A program made the position numbers and the translations under genes. Positions 1-9,805 of a DNA stretch of 64,000 bases are shown here, piece after piece (the stretch's first letter is position 1; each line of letters starts with the position of its first letter). The notes under the pieces were generated by a model, which saw only the letters and a program-made list of their open reading frames with translations, was not told where the DNA came from and did no database searches. This stretch comes from Ichthyobacteriaceae bacterium (GTDB lineage: Bacteria; Bacteroidota; Bacteroidia; Flavobacteriales; JADGDT01), in the NCBI GenBank assembly GCA_016744755.1, contig JADGDT010000004.1, positions 3,617 through 67,616 on the forward strand, given 5' to 3'.

Positions 1-52
1 TCAACTTTGTTTTGACTACAACTGTAATGACATTTAATAATACAATAGTTTC

Positions 53-1417
53 TTATATCCTAAACTGCATTTGCATAATAAACTGACCTTTGTACTCATC
101 AACTTCTTTTGTTGTTTTGCCATAAATTGGCCTTGTAGAGTACTGAGCTGTAAGCTTTACTTTGTTACCAACTATTAAGTAGTTTAAACCAAAATCATGC
201 TGAACAGAAGCTTGGTTTAACCCATCAAAATTTCGGTATTGAGCAGAATAATAAGGCATTAATCCATTTTTGCCTGGGATAATATTCTTAGGTAATAAAT
301 ACCCAATAGATGCATAGGCCATATCTCCTGTACCAAAATTAAACTCTGCAATACCAGGGCCGTTAAGTGACGTACCTCCTGATGCATAACCACCCATTAC
401 TGCTACTTTTTTCAAGTAATTAGGTCCATAGTTTGCATTGTAATAAACTCCGTAAAGTGTAAGTGAACTTTTATTTGCTAAAGGAGTTTCATAAAAAACA
501 TCGGCACTCCAAATAAACTGATCGTACTTTTTCACTTCCGTATCACCAGCATTATCAATTGCTCCTGATGCATCTGCTGCAAAATTAAATCCTGCTCCTA
601 TATTAAATATCTTACCTTTTTTTCCGTGATAGGTCATAAATTTAAAAGGAATGGATAACCTCTCTTTATTTAAGAAAGAATAAGAAACATATCCTTTGTA
701 AGTAAATCCGCTTAAACGACGGTTATAAGCTACATTAGGTTTATTTGCAGTTACAATTTCAGCATCAGTTTTAAGGAATTTAGAGGTAGTAGGCATCATC
801 ATCTGATTTACCGAAAATACATAATCAAAATTACTTACACGTCCTTGAAAAAACACTCCGTATTGTCTGTTTAGCTGATTGCTAACATTTACGTTTGGAA
901 ATTGTGTTACAGGAAAATCTAGTGACATTTGTATCAAACCACCTACCATGGTATAACGAGATAAACCACTCCACATGTGAAGACCTCCTCCTACATAAGT
1001 ATTCTTAGCAATTTTAAGCTTTCCCCAGAAATCATGGAAGAACATGCCTTTCTGTTGATCGTCATAACTAGCAGAGTTAGTTGCTCCGTAGTGAACCCAC
1101 AAATAGAACCTATCTTCAATATTGGTGTAAGATATTATTCTAGCTCTACGAGTAGCAAAGTCTTGATAGCTAGAAATAGACTCTCCAGTTTGCTTGTTAT
1201 TTGTACCTGGATTTAATTGTGCATTTCTGTACCAAAATTGCATTCCTACAATTACTTTAGAGAATGAAGATCCAGAATCATTGAGTTTTATTTTTATCCC
1301 TTTATTTACTGTTTCTCTAAACTTATCCTTTTTAGGTTTTACTATTGTTTCTTGAGCGTTTGCAGTAATTGCTAACAAGAAAAATGCACTAATAACTAAT
1401 TTGTAAAATATTTTCAT
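53..1417 (-). CDS. Outer-membrane beta-barrel porin-like protein
   Basis: 454-aa ORF with a signal peptide (MKIFYKLVISAFFLLAITANA/Q), beta-strand periodicity and an aromatic C-terminus (..MQMQFRI). The porin family assignment rests on resemblance only. Confidence 0.55.
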   Translation of the reverse strand: MKIFYKLVISAFFLLAITANAQETIVKPKKDKFRETVNKGIKIKLNDSGSSFSKVIVGMQFWYRNAQLNPGTNNKQTGESISSYQDFATRRARIISYTNIEDRFYLWVHYGATNSASYDDQQKGMFFHDFWGKLKIAKNTYVGGGLHMWSGLSRYTMVGGLIQMSLDFPVTQFPNVNVSNQLNRQYGVFFQGRVSNFDYVFSVNQMMMPTTSKFLKTDAEIVTANKPNVAYNRRLSGFTYKGYVSYSFLNKERLSIPFKFMTYHGKKGKIFNIGAGFNFAADASGAIDNAGDTEVKKYDQFIWSADVFYETPLANKSSLTLYGVYYNANYGPNYLKKVAVMGGYASGGTSLNGPGIAEFNFGTGDMAYASIGYLLPKNIIPGKNGLMPYYSAQYRNFDGLNQASVQHDFGLNYLIVGNKVKLTAQYSTRPIYGKTTKEVDEYKGQFIMQMQFRI

Positions 1418-1743
1418 ATACTTTTTTTTAGCAAGATGAAACTCAAATTATTATTTTACTAATACTGTAAACTTGAATCTCAAATTAAGGTTACAACTAT
1501 TTATTTTAATGTGTTTGGTATATCAAAAGTATATCAATAGGTTAGGTTGAAACATTTAATGCACCCCAAACATATCAAGTCTAGTTTTGATATAAATCAA
1601 CTATCTCAAGCAAAAATTAGAATTAGTGATTATAACTATTAAAAAACATATGCAAGATCATGGTTAATGCAAATTCATGGATTGGTACTAAATCAATTAA
1701 CTCATATTTCAATTCAAAAAAGTAAACTATATTTTCATTTTTA

Positions 1744-2044
1744 GGTTCTCCCTGAATGTTGTGGAAATATCGTCACCTTGTACGTGGTTGGTGAGTGTGT
1801 TTGGTGAGCGTGTTTGGTGAGTGTGTTTGGTGAGCGGAGCCGAACCAGATCCTAACCAGAGCGGAACCAGAGCCGAATGTGGTCTATTTTAATAGTTTAC
1901 ATTGTGTAATCACTATTGCTATAGATCTTTCTACAACATTTCCTTTTGTTCCCCATTCGGCTTCGCTCAGGGCAGGCAACAAAGGAAATTCTACTCAAGA
2001 CGACTATTCTAAATTACAACTTCCACACAAATAAAGGTAGAACC
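1744..2044 (+). mobile_element. MITE-like non-coding element, copy E1 (301 bp)
   Basis: Terminal inverted repeats: GGTTCTCCCTGAATGTTGTGGAA versus the reverse complement of the right end, GGTTCTACCTTTATTTGTGTGGAA. A perfect 8-bp direct repeat CATTTTTA flanks it at 1736-1743 and 2045-2052. No ORF. The ends are shared with four other copies in the window. Confidence 0.75.
1790..1836 (+). repeat. 13-bp tandem array GGTGAGYGTGTTT (about 3.5 units) inside E1
   Basis: Direct reading gives units at 1790, 1803, 1816 and 1829, alternating T/C at position 7. Confidence 0.9.
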
Positions 2045-2224
2045 CATTTTTAATGACAGACTTTATAAATTAAAATATATTTATTTCAACATTGTTAAAG
2101 CCTATACATTAAATCTAAAAAAAAGCAAGTAACATACAACATGTTCATTATCATGTTTTTACACTTGTAAAATTTGTATCTTAATGTCGTTTTTAACTAG
2201 ATAATTAATCAAAATACTTCCACA

Positions 2225-3682
2225 ATGAAAAACTTATACTTAATTCTAGCTATTTGCTTAATTTCAACATTTACATTTGGGCAAAAAAATCATTATCAAA
2301 ATAACTTAAATGACAACAATAGTATTCAACTCAATAATTTGAATAAATTAGAGATATTTGAGTTAAACGAAAATGCTATTCATAATGATATTATTTCACA
2401 AAAAAAGAAGTCCTACTCTAAAACTAACGAAAACAAACAGGGTGTTAGTGAATATATAAATACGGCAAAAAATTGGAATACTGGAACGGTTGAGAACTCT
2501 TCAAAAGTAGTTTTTAATTACAATTCTCAAGGTCAATTATATCTTAAAACATATTACTCATGGGATAACAACAGATGGAATTATTCCCTGAAATTTGAAT
2601 ATGTATATGCTTCTGGAAAACTAAGCATGTTGACTGACTATTGGTATGAGAATAACTCTTGGCAAAAAAACACCAAAACTACTTATAGCTACAATGCTGA
2701 AGGGAATGTAGTAATTGCTGTAAAACAATATCAGCATAATAGTGTATGGACAAATTATACTAAGATAGATTATACATACAATCAGTATCATCGTCTAGAT
2801 TATTTTATAGATTATAATTGGACAGCTGTAGTTTCTAATTGGACACAAATAAATAAGACATTATACGGTTACGGCAGTTCTAAAAAGAACACAAACTCTA
2901 ACCATAATATTTATTTTATAACGGTATATAAGTCTGATAATGGTTGGGTTAATTATCGCAGAACAGCTTATACTTATGATGATTATGATAATGTAATTAG
3001 TGAAGCAAGTGAGGGTTGGACAGCACCACCATCTAGTGTTGGCAAGACTTTAGATTGGAATACATTTTCTAAATTAGATTATACTTATGATGTTAGCAAT
3101 AGGTTGGTGGAATATATTACTTGGTATTCTGATGGAACAAATTTAATGGAATACTATAAGAATAATTATACTTATGACGAATATGACAATGTGGATCTAC
3201 AAATGGTATATAAGAGACAAGGAGGAGTGTGGAAAAATAATAATAGAGTAATAAACCTAGTGTATGATAATTCATTTTCTTCTGATGACTTAATTCTTCA
3301 TAATATTTTTGATGAAAAGATAGAAATCAAACATATGCTAAAAAGTATGGCAAATGAAGAGTGGACTAGCAGTAGTACATGGCAATCTACAGGAGGTATG
3401 AATATAGATTATGTAGAAGTACACACTTTGAATATAAATAGAGAAAAATTATTCTCAACAAAAGTTTACCCAAATCCATCAAATGGGTTCATTTCAATAG
3501 AGTTTGATAAAACTATGAGTAACCCTAGATTTGAAATATTTGAAAGTAACGGAAAAAGAATATTGCATAAAGAAATAAGCAACGGCGAAAAAATAAATAC
3601 TTCAAATTTTAAAAGTGGGCTTTATTTTTATAGATTATCGGATGGTTATAAAACTTCAAATGGTAAAATTTTGATAAAGTAA
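2225..3682 (+). CDS. Secreted T9SS cargo protein with YD-like repeats
   Basis: Signal peptide; degenerate repeats (YSYNAEGNVV, YTYDDYDNVISE, YTYDVSNRLVE, YTYDEYDNVDLQ); C-terminal ~80 aa fit the T9SS type-A sorting domain pattern (KVYPNPSNGFISIEF...GLYFYRL...ILIK). Confidence 0.7.
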   Translation: MKNLYLILAICLISTFTFGQKNHYQNNLNDNNSIQLNNLNKLEIFELNENAIHNDIISQKKKSYSKTNENKQGVSEYINTAKNWNTGTVENSSKVVFNYNSQGQLYLKTYYSWDNNRWNYSLKFEYVYASGKLSMLTDYWYENNSWQKNTKTTYSYNAEGNVVIAVKQYQHNSVWTNYTKIDYTYNQYHRLDYFIDYNWTAVVSNWTQINKTLYGYGSSKKNTNSNHNIYFITVYKSDNGWVNYRRTAYTYDDYDNVISEASEGWTAPPSSVGKTLDWNTFSKLDYTYDVSNRLVEYITWYSDGTNLMEYYKNNYTYDEYDNVDLQMVYKRQGGVWKNNNRVINLVYDNSFSSDDLILHNIFDEKIEIKHMLKSMANEEWTSSSTWQSTGGMNIDYVEVHTLNINREKLFSTKVYPNPSNGFISIEFDKTMSNPRFEIFESNGKRILHKEISNGEKINTSNFKSGLYFYRLSDGYKTSNGKILIK

Positions 3683-3693
3683 TATTTAGCAAA

Positions 3694-3725
3694 TAAAAAA
3701 GGAAGCCAATTGGCTTCCTTTTTTA
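3694..3725. terminator. Bidirectional rho-independent terminator
   Basis: Perfect palindrome GGAAGCCAATTGGCTTCC (3701-3718) with an A-run before and a T-run after. It lies between two convergent genes. Confidence 0.8.
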
Positions 3726-3746
3726 TTATTCAGTAAAATAGAATTA

Positions 3747-4313
3747 TTATTCTTTTACTCTCTCCATGTAAGCGCCTTTTGCAGTATCTATCTTAATTTT
3801 ATCATTCTCGTTGATAAATAAAGGAACATTTATGTTTGCTCCTGTTTCAAGTACAGCTGGCTTAGTTGCGTTTGTAGCTGTATTTCCTTTTACTCCTGGC
3901 TCTGTAGATGAAACTTCTAATATTACGTGTGCAGGTAAGTCGCAAGTTAATGGCGATTCATCTTCTGCATTAAAAACTATTGTTACACTTTGTCCTTCTT
4001 TCAATAAACCTGGAGAATCAATGATTGCTTCTTCTAGAAAAATTTGATTGTAATCATCAGTATTCATGAAATGAAAACCTTGATCGTCTTTATAAAGAAA
4101 CTGATATGATCTTGTTTCTACACGTACTGATTCAATTTTATGACCCGAAGGAATAGTATTGTCAAGTATTTTTCCTGTTGTTAAACTTTTCATTTTTGTA
4201 CGTACAAAAGCAGGACCTTTTCCTGGTTTTACGTGTTGAAATTCAATTACCTTGTATATGTTACCATTGTAAACCATACAAAAGCCATTTTTTATATCTG
4301 AAGTACTAGCCAT
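3747..4313 (-). CDS. efp: Elongation factor P
   Basis: 188 aa. N-terminus MASTSDIKNG..., KPGKGPAFVRTKMK loop, and typical length. Confidence 0.95.
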   Translation of the reverse strand: MASTSDIKNGFCMVYNGNIYKVIEFQHVKPGKGPAFVRTKMKSLTTGKILDNTIPSGHKIESVRVETRSYQFLYKDDQGFHFMNTDDYNQIFLEEAIIDSPGLLKEGQSVTIVFNAEDESPLTCDLPAHVILEVSSTEPGVKGNTATNATKPAVLETGANINVPLFINENDKIKIDTAKGAYMERVKE

Positions 4314-4337
4314 TTTGATTTAATTTTTAATTATTTT

Positions 4338-5120
4338 TTATGAATTGTTATACCCTTTCATTATTCCTCTTTGAGATTCTCTAATGAAAGTTACTATTTC
4401 GTCTCTTTCTGTTGAAGCTTCTAATTCAGCTTCAATTATTTGTAATGCTTGAGTGGTATTATTTTTCTTCTGAAAAAGAATTCTATAAATACTCTGAATC
4501 TCGTGTATTTTCTTTGAATCAAACCCTCTTCTACGCAAGCCTATAGAATTAATTCCTATAAAAGAAACTGGTTCTTTACCTGCTTTAGTAAATGGGGGAA
4601 TATCTTTTCTTACAAGTGTTCCTCCAGATATCATAGCATGTTCTCCAATATGTACAAACTGATGTATAGCCGATTGTCCTCCTACGATAGCAAACTCTCC
4701 AATAACAACATGACCAGCAAGAGCAACATTATTTACAAGTATAGAGTTATTTCCTAACACACAATCATGAGCAACGTGAACGTTAGCCATAATTAAACAA
4801 TTTTCTCCAATTACAGTTTCACCAGAAGCACTTGTACCTCTATTCACCGTTACATTTTCGCGTATGGTTGTATTGTCTCCAATTACAGCAAAAGAGTCTT
4901 CCCCTTCAAATTTTAAATCTTGAGGAATAGCTGAAATAACAGCACCTGGGAAAATTCTAACATTCTTTCCTATTCTGGCGCCTTCCATTATTGTTACGCT
5001 AGAACCTATCCATGTTCCTTCTCCAATTTCAACATTTTTATGAATAGTTGTAAATGGTTCTATTACTACATTTGAAGCTATTTTTGCTCCAGGATGTACA
5101 TATGCTAAAGGTTGATTCAT
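4338..5120 (-). CDS. lpxA: Acyl-ACP--UDP-N-acetylglucosamine O-acyltransferase
   Basis: 260 aa with hexapeptide-repeat left-handed beta-helix sequence, in lpx cluster context. Confidence 0.92.
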   Translation of the reverse strand: MNQPLAYVHPGAKIASNVVIEPFTTIHKNVEIGEGTWIGSSVTIMEGARIGKNVRIFPGAVISAIPQDLKFEGEDSFAVIGDNTTIRENVTVNRGTSASGETVIGENCLIMANVHVAHDCVLGNNSILVNNVALAGHVVIGEFAIVGGQSAIHQFVHIGEHAMISGGTLVRKDIPPFTKAGKEPVSFIGINSIGLRRRGFDSKKIHEIQSIYRILFQKKNNTTQALQIIEAELEASTERDEIVTFIRESQRGIMKGYNNS

Positions 5121-5135
5121 ATCTGAATATCTAGA

Positions 5136-6527
5136 TTAATTCTTTTTTGCTATCTGAGCCATTAATTCAGCTTCCATAACTAACTTATTGTTTGCATAAG
5201 CATAACCTTGCATATGACATATTCCACGACGTATAGGAGACATTAATTCCATTTTAAAAATTAAAGTATCACCTGGTTTAACCATACGCTTGAATTTAAC
5301 ATTATCCATTTTCATGAAATAAGTTAAATAATTTTCAGGATCTGGAACGGTGTTTAAAACTAATATTCCTCCAGCTTGAGCCATAGCTTCAACCTGTAGA
5401 ACTCCTGGCATAACAGGTGCTCCTGGGAAATGCCCCTCAAAGAAAGGTTCATTCATAGTTACGTTCTTAACTCCAACAACATGAGATTCTGATAACTCAA
5501 TTATCTTATCTACCAACAAGAATGGTGGTCTGTGAGGTAATTTTTTCATTATTGCTGTAACATCCATCAAAGGCTCAGCATTAAGATCGAATTTAGGAAC
5601 TTTGTTTCTCTTTTCAATTTTAATAATCTTAGATAATTTTTTAGCAAACTGAGTATTTACAAAATGACCTGGTTTGTTGGCGATAATTTTACCTTTGATT
5701 CTTGTACCTACTAAAGCTAAATCTCCAACTACATCAAGTAATTTATGACGAGCAGCTTCGTTTGGATGGTGCAATGTTAAATTGTCTAATATTCCATTAG
5801 GCTTAACTGTGATATTTTCTTTATTAAATACTTTTTTAAGTTTATTTAATCTTTCTTCTGATATTTCATTGTCAACATAAATAATGGCATTATTAAGGTC
5901 CCCACCTTTAATTAATCCACTATCTAGCAATAATTCCAACTCGTGTAGAAAAGAAAATGTTCTGGCATTTGCAAACTCTTCTTTAAAATCTGACATTTTA
6001 TTAAGAGTAGCATTCTGAGTACCTAAAATTTTCGTCCCAAAATCAACCATTGTAGTTATAGAAAATTCATCAGCAGGCATAGCTATAATTTCACTACCTG
6101 TAACTGGATCAGTATAAGAAACTATTTCTTTAATCTCGAAATATTCTACATCTGCTTCCTGCTCTACAGTTCCTACTTTCTCTATTGCTTTGATAAATTC
6201 TATAGATGAACCGTCTTTTATAGGAGGCTCTGGTCCGTTCATTTCTATAAGAACGTTATCTATATCTAAACCAACTAAAGCTGCTAAAGCGTGTTCTGTT
6301 GTAAATACTTTAACTCCTTTTTTCTCTAAAACTGTACCCCTTTGTGTGTTAGTTACATAATTTGCATCTGCTTCAACAATAGGATTACCTTCTAAATCGG
6401 TTCTCATAAATTTGAAACCGTGATTTTCGGCTGCAGGATGAAAAATCATATTAACCTCAACCCCTGTATGAAGACCAACACCCGATATTGAAACTGGCGC
6501 CTTTAAAGTCTTTTGTTTTTGATTCAT
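5136..6527 (-). CDS. lpxC/fabZ: Bifunctional UDP-3-O-acyl-GlcNAc deacetylase / 3-hydroxyacyl-ACP dehydratase
   Basis: 463 aa. N-terminal LpxC-like region (SGVGLHTG) and C-terminal FabZ hot-dog region ([16 protein letters not shown]). This fusion is typical of Bacteroidota. Confidence 0.93.
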   Translation of the reverse strand: MNQKQKTLKAPVSISGVGLHTGVEVNMIFHPAAENHGFKFMRTDLEGNPIVEADANYVTNTQRGTVLEKKGVKVFTTEHALAALVGLDIDNVLIEMNGPEPPIKDGSSIEFIKAIEKVGTVEQEADVEYFEIKEIVSYTDPVTGSEIIAMPADEFSITTMVDFGTKILGTQNATLNKMSDFKEEFANARTFSFLHELELLLDSGLIKGGDLNNAIIYVDNEISEERLNKLKKVFNKENITVKPNGILDNLTLHHPNEAARHKLLDVVGDLALVGTRIKGKIIANKPGHFVNTQFAKKLSKIIKIEKRNKVPKFDLNAEPLMDVTAIMKKLPHRPPFLLVDKIIELSESHVVGVKNVTMNEPFFEGHFPGAPVMPGVLQVEAMAQAGGILVLNTVPDPENYLTYFMKMDNVKFKRMVKPGDTLIFKMELMSPIRRGICHMQGYAYANNKLVMEAELMAQIAKKN

Positions 6528-6600
6528 AACAAATTGTTAATTACTATTTCCGACTAAACAATTATAGAAACACTGTGTTTCGAGATAATGATTCAATCTA

Positions 6601-7623
6601 TTATTTATTTTGCTTGTCTTCTATTTCTCTAATTGTTTCAATAACTTCAGGAAGTTTTCTGAAATAAACATACGATTTCAAGAAGTCTTTTATAGGTATA
6701 GCTGGAGAACCCTGAATTGTTAATCCTTCTTTAACACTTGACGAAATACCAGATTGAGCAGCAATCTTAACATCATCGCCAATAGTTATGTGCCCTACAA
6801 AACCAACCTGACCTCCAATCAAGCAATTCTTTCCTATTTTTGTTGTACCTGCTATTCCAGACTGAGCTGCTATAACAGTATTTTCTCCAATTTCTACATT
6901 ATGTGCTACTTGAATTTGATTATCAAGTTTTACTCCTTTTCTAATAATCGTAGATCCTAGTGTTGCTCTATCTATGGTTGTTCCAGAACCTATATCTACA
7001 TAATCTTCAATAATTACATTTCCTATCTGAGGAATTTTAGAATATTCATTTGTCGAGTTTGGGACAAAGCCAAAGCCATCTGAACCAATTACAGAATTAG
7101 AATGAATATTACATGAATTACCAATAATGGTTTCAGAGTATATTTTAACTCCAGAAAAAATTGATGAATTATTGCCAATAACAACATTATCGCCTATGTA
7201 GGAATGAGGGTAAATTTTTACATTATCACCAATAACAACATTTTCGCCAATGTAAGCAAAAGCTCCAATGTATGGCTCTACGCCGTACTTTGCGGTATCG
7301 GAAATAAAACTTGGTTGTTCTATACCTGACTTCTTCATTTTTACCTCGTTGTAAAATTCAAGAAGTGTTGAAAAAGCCATTCTAGAATCATCTACTCTTA
7401 TGAGAGTAGCTGTGTGGTCTTTCTCTACTACAAAAGTTTTATCAACAATAACAATTGAAGAATTTGTAGAGTATAAATATGGTATATATTTTGTGTTAGA
7501 TAAAAAAGTAAGAGTCCCTGGTTTGCCTTCTTCTATTTTAGCTAAGTTGCTCACTACCACGTCTGAGTCTCCTTCAATTTCCCCGTGAAGAATCCCTGCT
7601 ATGTCTGTTGCTGTAAAATTCAT
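6601..7623 (-). CDS. lpxD: UDP-3-O-acylglucosamine N-acyltransferase
   Basis: 340 aa with long hexapeptide repeats, in lpx cluster context. Confidence 0.92.
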   Translation of the reverse strand: MNFTATDIAGILHGEIEGDSDVVVSNLAKIEEGKPGTLTFLSNTKYIPYLYSTNSSIVIVDKTFVVEKDHTATLIRVDDSRMAFSTLLEFYNEVKMKKSGIEQPSFISDTAKYGVEPYIGAFAYIGENVVIGDNVKIYPHSYIGDNVVIGNNSSIFSGVKIYSETIIGNSCNIHSNSVIGSDGFGFVPNSTNEYSKIPQIGNVIIEDYVDIGSGTTIDRATLGSTIIRKGVKLDNQIQVAHNVEIGENTVIAAQSGIAGTTKIGKNCLIGGQVGFVGHITIGDDVKIAAQSGISSSVKEGLTIQGSPAIPIKDFLKSYVYFRKLPEVIETIREIEDKQNK

Positions 7624-7742
7624 TATCGCAAAAATAACATTTTTTTTCTCATGACTTCATTATTTACTAATTATCAATGAATAATTATCAATTGTTAATG
7701 AACAATTAGCAGTTTCTGTATAATTAATTACTGTTCACTGAT

Positions 7743-7788
7743 AATTGTACACTGCTAACTGAAATTGTACACTGCTAACTGCTAACTG
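7743..7788. repeat. Direct repeats of AATTGTACACTGCTAACTG (2 copies) plus an extra CTAACTG
   Basis: Read directly at 7743-7761 and 7763-7781, then CTAACTG at 7782-7788. It lies in the lpxD-mnmA spacer. Confidence 0.85.
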
Positions 7789-7789
7789 T

Positions 7790-8977
7790 TCACGAAATAA
7801 CACCCGAGCCTATCAATTCATCTCCTATATACCATGCAGCAAATTGCCCTTCTGAAATTGCAGATTGATATTTCTCAAATTCAATATAAAGTCCAGAGTT
7901 AACCTTGTGTATTTTTGCTTTTTGTAAAGGCTGACGGTATCTAATTCTAGCATCAACGTCTAGATTTTTTCCTACATCTAAAGCTAAATCTAACCTTACC
8001 CAATGCAGTTCTTCGTTAGATATAAACAAACCCTTTCTTAGTAATCCTGGGTGAGAATGTCCTTGACCAGTGTAAACTACATTTGCCTCTACATCGGTTT
8101 CTATAACAAACAAAGGTTCTAACTTACCTCCTACTCCAAGTCCTTTTCGCTGACCTTTGGTGTAAAAATGTGCCCCTTGGTGCTTACCTACCACATCTCC
8201 ATCAACTTTTTTATACTTGTATCTTGTAGAAAGAAACTTTAATTCTTCCTCCTTAGTTTTAAATTCTTTATCCGTTGATTTGTAAATATCACTTTCACGC
8301 AACATCTCTACAATATCGCCTTCCTTTGGTTTTAATTGCTGTTTTAAGAAATCTGGCAACTTCACTTTACCAACAAAGCAAATGCCTTGCGAATCTTTTT
8401 TATCTGCCGTAATTAAATCTAACTTCTTTGCTATTTCTCTAACTTCTGGCTTTGTCATTTCGCCAATAGGAAAAAGTGTTTTTTCTAATTGTTTCTGAGA
8501 TAACTGACACAAAAAATATGATTGATCTTTATTATTATCTTTACCTGCTAGTAACTTGTAAACTGTCTCACCTTTAACTACTTCTTCGCTTTTACGAGCA
8601 TAGTGTCCCGTTGCTACAAAATCAGCTCCTAGATCTAGAGCAACATTCATAAATTCGGCAAACTTTATTTCTCTGTTACAAAGCACATCAGGGTTTGGTG
8701 TTCTTCCTTTCTCGTATTCGCTAAACATGTAATCTACCACTTTGTCGTGATATTTTTCGCTGAGATCAACTACCTGATATGGAATGCCTAATTTATCGGC
8801 AACCATCATAGCGTCGTTAGAATCTTCTAACCACGGACATTCATCGGAAATTGTTACGGATGTATCATGCCAATTAATCATAAAAACTCCAACAACATCA
8901 TATCCTTGCTCTTTAAGAACATATGCTGCAACGCTAGAATCAACACCTCCCGAAAGCCCTACTACTACTTTTTTCAT
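7790..8977 (-). CDS. mnmA: tRNA 2-thiouridine(34) synthase
   Basis: 395 aa with PP-loop [15 protein letters not shown] and conserved length. Confidence 0.95.
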   Translation of the reverse strand: MKKVVVGLSGGVDSSVAAYVLKEQGYDVVGVFMINWHDTSVTISDECPWLEDSNDAMMVADKLGIPYQVVDLSEKYHDKVVDYMFSEYEKGRTPNPDVLCNREIKFAEFMNVALDLGADFVATGHYARKSEEVVKGETVYKLLAGKDNNKDQSYFLCQLSQKQLEKTLFPIGEMTKPEVREIAKKLDLITADKKDSQGICFVGKVKLPDFLKQQLKPKEGDIVEMLRESDIYKSTDKEFKTKEEELKFLSTRYKYKKVDGDVVGKHQGAHFYTKGQRKGLGVGGKLEPLFVIETDVEANVVYTGQGHSHPGLLRKGLFISNEELHWVRLDLALDVGKNLDVDARIRYRQPLQKAKIHKVNSGLYIEFEKYQSAISEGQFAAWYIGDELIGSGVIS

Positions 8978-9034
8978 TTATTTTCAGCTTGTATCCAATA
9001 GCTTATAGCTTTTGGAATAAGTTTTTTTTATAAA

Positions 9035-9724
9035 TTATCTTTTTTGATTTGGACGAGTACTCCTATCATAATCTTCTACTTTAACAACTTTTCCTTTAGA
9101 AAAATGTTGCCATCTGCCAACACGTTCTCCTTTTTTATACTGTCCTCTAACTACTACAATTCCAGATGCATCGCTATATTCTACCTTACCATCTAACTTT
9201 CCATCTTTGTAAGTTTGGCTCGATATTTTATTTCCTTTATCTGTGTATCTAATAGAAAGTCCATTCATTTTATCATTCTTGTAATAAACCTCTTCAGTGG
9301 GCTTACCATTTTTATAATAAGTTATCTTCTCTCCTTCTAGCTTGCCAATTACGTATGTCTCTGTCATTATCAAATATTTGTTAGCACTAAAGTATTTCCA
9401 AAGTCCATTCTTGTTCTTACCCACAAAATCTCCTTCTGCAACTAAATTGTGCTTAGAGTTGTAAAGCTTTGCATGGCATATATTCGAATTAGAAAGATAT
9501 TTTTTTTCGGCAACTAAGCTTCCCGTAACATCGTAAAATTTAAATATACCTACTTCTTTTCCATGATTAAATTCTCCAGAGAACCTTATCTTTTTTGTTT
9601 CATTGTAATTCTTAGACCATAGTCCATGCCTCAAGCCATCAGAGTCAAGTCCATTGATGTTTTCTTGAGAAAAACCGAAAATTTGAAACGAAAATATGGC
9701 AATAAATAATAAAAAAACCTTCAT
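9035..9724 (-). CDS. Secreted MORN-variant (YwqK-like) repeat protein
   Basis: Signal peptide; repeated G.W..Y..NGK... / YK.GKL.G units. Confidence 0.6.
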   Translation of the reverse strand: MKVFLLFIAIFSFQIFGFSQENINGLDSDGLRHGLWSKNYNETKKIRFSGEFNHGKEVGIFKFYDVTGSLVAEKKYLSNSNICHAKLYNSKHNLVAEGDFVGKNKNGLWKYFSANKYLIMTETYVIGKLEGEKITYYKNGKPTEEVYYKNDKMNGLSIRYTDKGNKISSQTYKDGKLDGKVEYSDASGIVVVRGQYKKGERVGRWQHFSKGKVVKVEDYDRSTRPNQKR

Positions 9725-9805
9725 GAATGTTTATTTAAAAAAGAATGCAAATATACAACAAATCACGATAATGATTTATTTAATATTCTTGCAAAATTTT
9801 GGGAC

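Noticed and set aside
1681-1743. TTGGTACTAAATC at about 1683-1695 as a remnant of another element end
   Set aside because: Only 9 nt match the family end (TTGGTACTA), and nothing else aligns.
1790-1836. Tandem repeats that might have been a CRISPR array
   Set aside because: The units are 13 bp and directly abutting with no spacers. They lie inside a TIR-bounded element, and no cas genes occur in the window.
9035-9724. A toxin-antitoxin module implied by the YwqK antitoxin family name
   Set aside because: The protein has a signal peptide and no adjacent toxin gene, and the name is a family label rather than evidence of a TA system here.
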